A model generated the notes under the pieces. It made no database searches, was not told the DNA's origin, and saw nothing but the letters and a program-made list of their open reading frames with translations. A DNA stretch of 64,000 nucleotides from Actinomycetota bacterium (GTDB taxonomy: Bacteria; Actinomycetota; Actinomycetes; Mycobacteriales; Mycobacteriaceae), in contig JAQBTN010000003.1 of assembly GCA_027728805.1 (NCBI GenBank), positions 2,107 to 66,106 of the forward strand. Direction: 5' to 3'. The position numbers were made by a program, and so were the translations under genes. Positions 33,621 through 39,984 of the stretch are shown piece after piece (the first letter of the stretch is position 1; each line of letters starts with the position of its first letter).

Positions 33621-35051
33621 CTAAACGATCAGTTCGAAGTCAGGCAGGCTGAAGGTCTTGTCGAAGAACGGTTGCAAAGGCGCATAGAGGCGGAAGTAGA
33701 CGAACCAGCCGTCATCGCCGGTGGTTTTCATGTAGTTCTTCTCGAAACCCTCAGGCGCCTTGGCGCCGACATAGAGATCGACGCTGCCGTCGGGGTTCTT
33801 GACGAGATCCGGTAGGCGGCTGTCCAGGTTTGCGCTGCGGATGTCGGTGCCGCCGTTGTCGTAGGGGCGGCGGGTGTTCTCGCTGTAGAGGGTCAGCGCC
33901 CAGAACTGGCCCACCGGAACGTCTTTGGGGACCTGGAGCCGGTAGGTCTTGTCGGCACGCAGCAGATTGCCCTTGTTGTCGCGTTTGGTGGTCATGTACA
34001 CCTGTCCCGCGCCGACCGTCGGGTTGACCATGCCTGTGCTGGAGCCCACCGCCTCGTAGAACCAGGTGACCCGCTCGTCGAGTTCGAGGCGGGTGTCGGT
34101 CTCCTGCTCGAGGGAGAAATCGAAGCTCTTGTACCAGGACGTGCCGGGCCAGTACGGCTCGGCGAATCGGGGATTGACCTGGAGGTTGCGCGCCATCAAC
34201 TCGCCCATCGCCGCTCCCTTGAGCAGGATGCTTCGTTGGCGCGCGTCGGGGTCGAATGTCTTGCCCTTGTCGATACCCAGCGGCAGCAGCATCGCCATCC
34301 AGGTCTTGTCCACCGGCCGAACCGGCTCGGTATTTACGACAGCGGCCAGCGTGCGCCAGTAGTCAAGGCCGCGCGGTGCGGTTGCGCTCCACTCGACGTC
34401 TTTGTCCTCGATGAACCGCGAGGTCGCCAGCGGCTGGCCGACCCGGCCCATTTTCATCGTCAACTTGAACGAGTCGTAGTAGGACGGGTCCTTGTCGAGG
34501 ATGCGCAGCAGCACGCCGATGTTGTTCGTCGCGCTCTGGCGCACGTAGTAACCGGGCCGATCGAAGGTCGCGGGGTTCTCCTCGGGGCCGACGATGATGT
34601 ACTTGCCGCCCTTGCCCTGATCTGGACCGGTCAGACCGAGATCGGCGACCGGACGTTGCCAGAAGTCCATGACACCGCCAGCGGTCTGCCCGGCTGGGTA
34701 CTCGATCTCCAGTGGCCCGTTCTTGAGGCTGATGAAGTTGAAGATGTAGGGCGTGGTGAGGTTGGCCGTGACGATCCCGCGCTTCTCCTTCAAGGAGCGC
34801 AGCACGACGAAATCGGTCTCCCCGGTGACGCCGTAGGCCTCGGCCTGCCGGTCGCGCCAGGTGGTCACGCTGACCAGCGGAGTGCTCCACAAGTAGCACT
34901 GAGCGGCCCGTTGGTAGTCCATCTCGTCGTAAAGCCGCTTGGCGGCATCGTCGTCGAAATAATTGTCGACCAGCGTGATATCACCGACCGGGGTCGAGAT
35001 GACTTCCTTCCCGTGCAGTGTGGCCTTCTCAAGCGGTATCCCCTGCGTCAT
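33621..35051 (-). CDS. DUF1254/DUF1214 domain-containing protein
   Basis: TANLTTPY, DFWQRP..DLG..GPD.G.GG, FWALTLY, NPDGSVDLY, YFRLYAP; start uncertain (35051 or 35096). Confidence 0.85.
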   Translation of the reverse strand: MTQGIPLEKATLHGKEVISTPVGDITLVDNYFDDDAAKRLYDEMDYQRAAQCYLWSTPLVSVTTWRDRQAEAYGVTGETDFVVLRSLKEKRGIVTANLTTPYIFNFISLKNGPLEIEYPAGQTAGGVMDFWQRPVADLGLTGPDQGKGGKYIIVGPEENPATFDRPGYYVRQSATNNIGVLLRILDKDPSYYDSFKLTMKMGRVGQPLATSRFIEDKDVEWSATAPRGLDYWRTLAAVVNTEPVRPVDKTWMAMLLPLGIDKGKTFDPDARQRSILLKGAAMGELMARNLQVNPRFAEPYWPGTSWYKSFDFSLEQETDTRLELDERVTWFYEAVGSSTGMVNPTVGAGQVYMTTKRDNKGNLLRADKTYRLQVPKDVPVGQFWALTLYSENTRRPYDNGGTDIRSANLDSRLPDLVKNPDGSVDLYVGAKAPEGFEKNYMKTTGDDGWFVYFRLYAPLQPFFDKTFSLPDFELIV

Positions 35052-35161
35052 CGCCACCCTACTTCGGATTGTCTGCTGTTTGCTGGTCGCGTTCATTTCT
35101 ACCGCATTGCCCTGCTTCGGATCGAAGGGAATCCATTTCCCAGGTTGCGAGCTGACTTCGG

Positions 35162-35246
35162 GTTCCCCGGCGTGACTGGGCGGAGAACAACGCCCGATGA
35201 GTTCGATTCGTTGATGACCGGACTGGAGAGTCGGGTGTTCGGGGTC
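35162..35246 (+). repeat. MBL 3'-end copy 3 (type A, truncated after about 28 codons)
   Basis: FPGVTGRRTTPDEFDSLMTGLESRVFGV, then similarity is lost. Confidence 0.9.
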
Positions 35247-35447
35247 TCGGGAGCCTTTGAGGACGACGCTCACTGATCACCCTGGCAGTCGACTGATCAC
35301 CGGGGATCCGGTTCCAGCCTCGCTCCGGTGGTCCATGGACGCAGCCACCAACTCAAGGAAACATGGCTTGTGTCTATTCGGCATTTCAGCGCCGCCCAGA
35401 CTCTGCGTCGACCCAGACACGGAAACTGCGAGTCTTGGGAGAAAACA

Positions 35448-35696
35448 ATGGTCGACCATCGGGAGCGTCTAGGGACTCGCCGTCTGGGCCTGATCGGGCA
35501 GTCGCGCTCCGCAGTCATCGCGATTTCGCTCCGACTGTGGCTCTGGGAACGTGAAACTCGCGCGCTAGCAAAGGGTCTCGCCCTAGCATTCGTCCTGTTG
35601 CTCACCGGAGTGGTGGGGTTCCAGCTTTTGAACATGGTCTACTACGCACCCGGATCAGCCAATTTGACCCCCGACTCGGGATATTCTCCGTTGTAA
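35448..35696 (+). CDS. Small single-TM hypothetical protein, 82 aa
   Basis: GGGAG RBS before ATG; hydrophobic LALAFVLLLTGVVGFQLL segment. Confidence 0.5.
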   Translation: MVDHRERLGTRRLGLIGQSRSAVIAISLRLWLWERETRALAKGLALAFVLLLTGVVGFQLLNMVYYAPGSANLTPDSGYSPL

Positions 35697-35807
35697 GTCT
35701 CTCGAAATTCGCGGCAAAAGGGCCACGCTGTATTTCGCTTCTTTAGCTGATCGCCGGGGCCTCTGAACGGACCATAGTTAGAGAACACTCCCCATCCGGA
35801 ACATCCA

Positions 35808-35885
35808 GTGCCGGGGGCATCGGAAAGACCTGAGAGCCAGTGGGTTTCGAGCAGCTGCTCGGCGGTTTATCCAGCCGGCTGTTCG
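35808..35885 (+). repeat. MBL 3'-end copy 4 (type B, truncated, in-frame TGA replacing TGG)
   Basis: GIGKT*EPVGFEQLLGGLSSRLF vs copy 2 GVGKTWEEGGFEQLLGDVSSRLF. Confidence 0.88.
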
Positions 35886-36011
35886 CATCTGCGGAAGTGG
35901 CGCCGGTGCGGCTGGTGGACCTCGGTGGCACCCCCTATCGGGGTGAGGGACTGTGCCCTGCTTGATGGCGCATTTGAGTCGGCGGCGGACCGTTCGCTGT
36001 TAACGTAAGTG

Positions 36012-36482
36012 ATGCCCATCTCACGGCGGCATGCGCCGATAGTGTTCAGTGCTTTGATCGCCCTCGTCGTCCTGTCAGGTTGTGGCGCGCAGGATGCCAA
36101 ACCAGGGCAGGTATCTTCGCCACAGTCCGCCTCAGCAGCGAGTACGTCAGCCCCCGCGGGGAGTCCGGAGGGGGTCAAGGTTTCCGCTGCCGACCTGCCG
36201 GCAATCGTTGCGAACCGAACTTACCGCGGCAGTTCGGACGGGATGCCGTACTCCGAGTACTACGCGGCTGATGGCTCGTTGCGGGGAATCAGCGATGGGG
36301 AGGCTTATTCCGGCAGTTGGAAAGTTGTCGAGGACAAGCTTTGCTTCACTTACCCCACGGCCGACGCCAGCGAAATCGAGTGCTACGCCGTGTTTAAAAA
36401 GGGCGACTCCCTGACCTGGATCGATTCCAACGGGCGGGTAGTCCAGACCAGTTACGTCGAGGGTAACCCCGACGGCCTCTAG
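36012..36482 (+). CDS. Lipoprotein with DUF995-like C-terminal domain
   Basis: Lipobox LSG-C; YSEYYAADG...YSGSWKVVEDKLCFTY; TAACGT -10 just upstream. Confidence 0.8.
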   Translation: MPISRRHAPIVFSALIALVVLSGCGAQDAKPGQVSSPQSASAASTSAPAGSPEGVKVSAADLPAIVANRTYRGSSDGMPYSEYYAADGSLRGISDGEAYSGSWKVVEDKLCFTYPTADASEIECYAVFKKGDSLTWIDSNGRVVQTSYVEGNPDGL

Positions 36483-36553
36483 GTTTCCGACTCCTGGTCG
36501 CGGCGCAAACGAACAGATTCAGAACATCACGGCGACGGAAGGAAACGGCAGTC

Positions 36554-36973
36554 ATGGCCCAACGTCCCTACACCTCATGGAACGACGCGATCATCGCCGA
36601 GTTCCGGGCAAATGAAGGCAAGGTAGGCGGGCCGTTCGAGGGTGCGACCCTGCTGCTGCTGCACACCACCGGAGCCAAATCGGGTCAGCAGCGGATCAGT
36701 CCGGTGATGGCCTTCGAGTTCGATGACAAGCTGATCGTCGTGGGCTCCTATGCCGGTGCTGACGTTCATCCCGCCTGGCTGCACAACCTTCGCGCGAACC
36801 CGCATGCCCACATCGAGATCGGCGCCGACGCCTACGACGTGCAGGCCCGGGAGATGGAGTCCGACGAACGCGACGCCACCTTCGCCCGCATCGTGGCGCA
36901 GGCACCCGGATTCGCCGGTTACCAGTTGGCCACCGAACGGGTGATCCCCGTCGTCGAACTGCGGCGCCTCTGA
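36554..36973 (+). CDS. Deazaflavin (F420)-dependent nitroreductase family protein (Ddn-like)
   Basis: IIAEFRANEGKVGG, LLHTTGAKSGQQR, HPAWLHNLRANP, RVIPVV. Confidence 0.92.
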   Translation: MAQRPYTSWNDAIIAEFRANEGKVGGPFEGATLLLLHTTGAKSGQQRISPVMAFEFDDKLIVVGSYAGADVHPAWLHNLRANPHAHIEIGADAYDVQAREMESDERDATFARIVAQAPGFAGYQLATERVIPVVELRRL

Positions 36974-36974
36974 G

Positions 36975-37226
36975 TTGCGGTACCCCGGGGAAGGACCGAG
37001 AAGCCAGTCGGCTGCCGTCGCGGCCAAGCCTGTCGAGCAACTGCCCCGGGGGCCTTACCCGGCGTCGGCGGCAACGATCTGGGCGATCGCCGTATTGACC
37101 TTGCTGATCGGGCTGACGCTCGCAGTGCTCGTCCCCGCCGCCCTCTCGTCCGGCGATGCCCCGCGCGAAACTCCCGGCGTGCAAAGCAGTCTCGGCACTG
37201 ACGGCCCCGACGGCGGGAACCGATGA
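36975..37226 (+). CDS. Small membrane protein whose N-terminus overlaps a decayed MBL copy
   Basis: TTG start; one TM helix; TGA overlaps the ATG of the PrsW gene. Confidence 0.45.
   Translation: MRYPGEGPRSQSAAVAAKPVEQLPRGPYPASAATIWAIAVLTLLIGLTLAVLVPAALSSGDAPRETPGVQSSLGTDGPDGGNR
36978..37044 (+). repeat. MBL 3'-end copy 5 (type B, heavily decayed)
   Basis: CGGTACCCCGG core; GGAAGGACCGAGAAGCCAGTCGG vs copy 4 GGAAAGACCTGAGAGCCAGTGGG; TCGAGCAACTGC identical to copy 2. Confidence 0.6.
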
Positions 37227-38257
37227 GCGATCCGGCGCAGTCTCCGTCCTTCACGATTCCGCCTCGGGCCCCGGACCAGTCGGCCACGCCGCGATGGCCG
37301 CTATGGAGTCTGTACGTCGCCGCTGTCCTGAGCGGGTCGGCGATCTTCGTCGCGCGGTTGGCGCCGGCCGTCGCCCAGACCCCGACGGTGACCGCAGTCG
37401 GCGTGCTGGCCTTCGGAGTCTTCGGCGCACTCGTCGCCTGGTTGCTCAGCAGGATCAACTACTTCCGCACCCCGGCGCCGAGGACGGCGGCATTGGCCGC
37501 CCTGTGGGGCGGCGGCGCGGCGATCGGACACGCGTTGCTGGCCAACACTGCGATTCACGATCATTTTGCCGCACAGGGCCGTGTCGGGTCTTGGCCATTG
37601 TTCGCGCCCCTCACTGAGGACCCGGCCAAGGACATCGGCATTGTCATCGTTCTGCTGCTGGCGGGGACCCGACCCCGCAGCGCGCTGGACGGGCTCGTGG
37701 CAGGATCCTTCGTCGGTCTCGGCTTCGAAGTCGTCGAAAGCCTCACCCGGGCGATCAACAACGCGATCTCGCTCCATCCCGAGGGCCAGCGCGACAATCT
37801 CGGGTCACTGGCCACCGATGTGATTCACGAAGTCGTGCGCAACAGCTGGACCGGCCACATCGTGCTGACCGGTATCGCCGGCTTCGGCATCGGATATCTG
37901 CTGACGGCCCGGGATCGCTCGGTAGCGCGTCGCTTAGTGGCGGCCATCGCGTTGATACTCCTGGCCGGCGCCGGGCATCTGCTGTGGAACTCGCATCGCT
38001 TTGGACTTCTCTACGTGCTCGGGCAGTTCGGATTGCTGGCGTTATTACTGTGGTTGATCAGAGTCGGCCGCAGGCTGGAGGCGGCCGTCTATCTGCCCTA
38101 TCTGGCTTACGCACCGCTACCGGCGGATTCAGCGCTGGCGACGTCACGCACCGCAGTGAGGCGACGACGCCGGGCGACAGCGGCCCTGGCGTCGGCGATC
38201 GCCAACGGCGATGCACAGCGTGCACATGAGGCCGCCGACCGTCTGGCTCCGGCCTAG
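37223..38257 (+). CDS. PrsW-family intramembrane protease (variant EDxxK motif)
   Basis: APLTEDPAK, GFEVVES, GHIVLTG, GHLLWN; multi-TM. Confidence 0.85.
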   Translation: MSDPAQSPSFTIPPRAPDQSATPRWPLWSLYVAAVLSGSAIFVARLAPAVAQTPTVTAVGVLAFGVFGALVAWLLSRINYFRTPAPRTAALAALWGGGAAIGHALLANTAIHDHFAAQGRVGSWPLFAPLTEDPAKDIGIVIVLLLAGTRPRSALDGLVAGSFVGLGFEVVESLTRAINNAISLHPEGQRDNLGSLATDVIHEVVRNSWTGHIVLTGIAGFGIGYLLTARDRSVARRLVAAIALILLAGAGHLLWNSHRFGLLYVLGQFGLLALLLWLIRVGRRLEAAVYLPYLAYAPLPADSALATSRTAVRRRRRATAALASAIANGDAQRAHEAADRLAPA

Positions 38258-38271
38258 ACCACCTGAGCTAT

Positions 38272-38293
38272 TATCTGCGTATGAACGCAGATA
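38272..38293. promoter_or_regulatory. Inverted-repeat operator over the kmtR start codon
   Basis: Perfect 9-4-9 repeat TATCTGCGT-ATGA-ACGCAGATA; TATTAT -10 at 38269-38274. Confidence 0.75.
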
Positions 38294-38673
38294 CAGGAGG
38301 ATGCGCCCGCCGGCTGCCGGACGACCAGGTGGACCTGGTGGTCGAGGTGTTCCGAATGCTGGCAGACCCCACCCGCGTCCAGATCCTGTGGGCACTGGTG
38401 CGCCGGGAGATGTCGGTGGGCGACCTGGCCGACCACGTCGGCAAACCCGCCCCCAGCGTGTCCCAGCACCTGGCGAAGCTCCGGATGGCGCGACTGGTCC
38501 GCACCCGCCGCGAGGGCACCACCATCTACTACAGCCTGGACAACGACCACGTCCGACAACTCGTCACCGACGCGGTGTTCAACGCCGAACACGCCGGGCC
38601 CGGAGTGCCGGGCCATCACCGCAATGCCGACGACCTCAGGGTCCTGCATGCCGACACGGCGGCGCCGGCATGA
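38281..38673 (+). CDS. kmtR: ArsR/SmtB metal-sensing repressor, KmtR (Rv0827c)-like
   Basis: LPDDQVDLVVEVFRMLAD, SQHLAKLRMARLV, DAVFNAEHAGPGVPGHH. Confidence 0.88.
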   Translation: MNADTGGCARRLPDDQVDLVVEVFRMLADPTRVQILWALVRREMSVGDLADHVGKPAPSVSQHLAKLRMARLVRTRREGTTIYYSLDNDHVRQLVTDAVFNAEHAGPGVPGHHRNADDLRVLHADTAAPA

Positions 38674-39707
38674 CGCACCAGCCCCACGGCGGCCATACCC
38701 ACGGCCATACCCATGACGCGGGCCATACGCACGACGACGGCCATACGCACGACGACACCGGGCGGTTCGGCCGTTTCGGCGCGGCAATCCGCGAGGTGTT
38801 CGCACCGCACAGCCACGATGCCGCCGACAGCATCGACGGCGCGCTGGAGTCCAGTGCCGCCGGCATCCGTGCGGTGAAGCTGAGTCTGCTGGCATTGCTC
38901 GCCACGGCGGTCGCGCAGCTGGTGATCGTGGCGATCTCCGGCTCGGTGGCACTGCTGGCCGACACCATCCACAACGTCGCCGATGCGCTGACGGCGATTC
39001 CGCTGTGGGTGGCGTTCGCGTTGGGGACCAGACCCGCCACCCGCCGCTACACCTACGGCTTCGGTCGGGCCGAGGACGTTGCCGGACTTTTCGTCGTCGC
39101 GATGATCGCGCTGTCCGCGATCGTCGCCGGGGTGGAGTCGATCCGCAGGTTGGCAAACCCGGTGCCGATCAACCACGTCGGCTGGGTCGCCGCCGCCGGC
39201 CTCGTCGGATTCATCGGAAATGAGCTCGTCGCCGTATACCGCATCCGGGTCGGCCGCCGGATCGGCTCGGCAGCGCTGGTGGCCGACGGAATGCACGCGC
39301 GCACAGACGGATTCACCTCGTTGGCCGTGCTCTTCGGCGCCGGCGGAGTCGCGCTCGGCTTTCCGCTTGCCGACCCGATCATCGGCTTGGTCATCACCGT
39401 CGCGATCCTTGCCGTGCTCCGTTCCGCCGCCCGCGACGTGTTCCGCCGCCTGATGGACGGCGTGGACCCGGCACTGCTGGACAGCGCCGAGGCGGCACTG
39501 GCCGCCGAACCCGGGGTGACCGGGGTCCGCAGCGTCAAAATGCGCTGGATCGGCCACCGTCTGCACGCCGAGGCCGAACTCGACATCGACCCCACCGTCA
39601 CCCTCGTCGATGCACACCGGATCGCCCATGAGGCCGAACACACCCTCACCCACGCGGTGCCGAAACTCTCCACCGCATTGGTGCACGCCTACCCGGCCTC
39701 GCACTGA
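38670..39707 (+). CDS. Cation diffusion facilitator (Rv2025c-like) with His-rich N-terminus
   Basis: GHTHD repeats, ALLADTIHNVAD, ADGMHARTD, VHAYP; ATG overlaps kmtR stop. Confidence 0.92.
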   Translation: MTHQPHGGHTHGHTHDAGHTHDDGHTHDDTGRFGRFGAAIREVFAPHSHDAADSIDGALESSAAGIRAVKLSLLALLATAVAQLVIVAISGSVALLADTIHNVADALTAIPLWVAFALGTRPATRRYTYGFGRAEDVAGLFVVAMIALSAIVAGVESIRRLANPVPINHVGWVAAAGLVGFIGNELVAVYRIRVGRRIGSAALVADGMHARTDGFTSLAVLFGAGGVALGFPLADPIIGLVITVAILAVLRSAARDVFRRLMDGVDPALLDSAEAALAAEPGVTGVRSVKMRWIGHRLHAEAELDIDPTVTLVDAHRIAHEAEHTLTHAVPKLSTALVHAYPASH

Positions 39708-39759
39708 GCAGCCGGGTCTACTGTCGAACATGAGATCCGGGACAAATGAGGAGGTTCAG

Positions 39760-39984
39760 ATGGGTTTCGATCCGAAGAACGCAATGAACGCGGCCAAGGA
39801 CATCGCCACCCACGCCGTGGAAAAGGCCAGCGACATCGTTGAGGACGCCGGTCAGATCATCAAGGGCGATATCGCCGGTGGCGTGGGCGCCATCGTCGAG
39901 GACGCCACCGACATCGCCACCCACGCCGTGGGCAAGGCCAAAGAGGCGTTCACCGGCAAGGACGAGGGCGACCGGGAGGTCTGA
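39760..39984 (+). CDS. Rv1893-family small protein
   Basis: MGFDPKNA...AVEKASDIVE...DIATHAV; GAGGAGG RBS; internal DIATHAV repeat. Confidence 0.8.
   Translation: MGFDPKNAMNAAKDIATHAVEKASDIVEDAGQIIKGDIAGGVGAIVEDATDIATHAVGKAKEAFTGKDEGDREV

Larger units (their letters stand above)
30702..37226 (+). mobile_element. Putative tandem cassette array integrated at the 3' end of the MBL gene; no integrase in window
   Basis: Six direct-orientation copies of the MBL 3' end starting at about 30702, 32001, 32953, 35162, 35808 and 36980, separated by unrelated cargo genes. Confidence 0.6.

Noticed and set aside
35097-35273. Extended N-terminus of the DUF1254 ORF
   Set aside because: It is the antisense of tail copy 3; no RBS or signal-peptide character.
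30702-37044. MBL tail copies as a CRISPR array, IS ends or classical integron attC sites
   Set aside because: The units are diverged protein-coding sequence of up to 180 bp separated by whole genes; there are no cas genes, terminal inverted repeats, transposase, intI or attC-type long palindromes.
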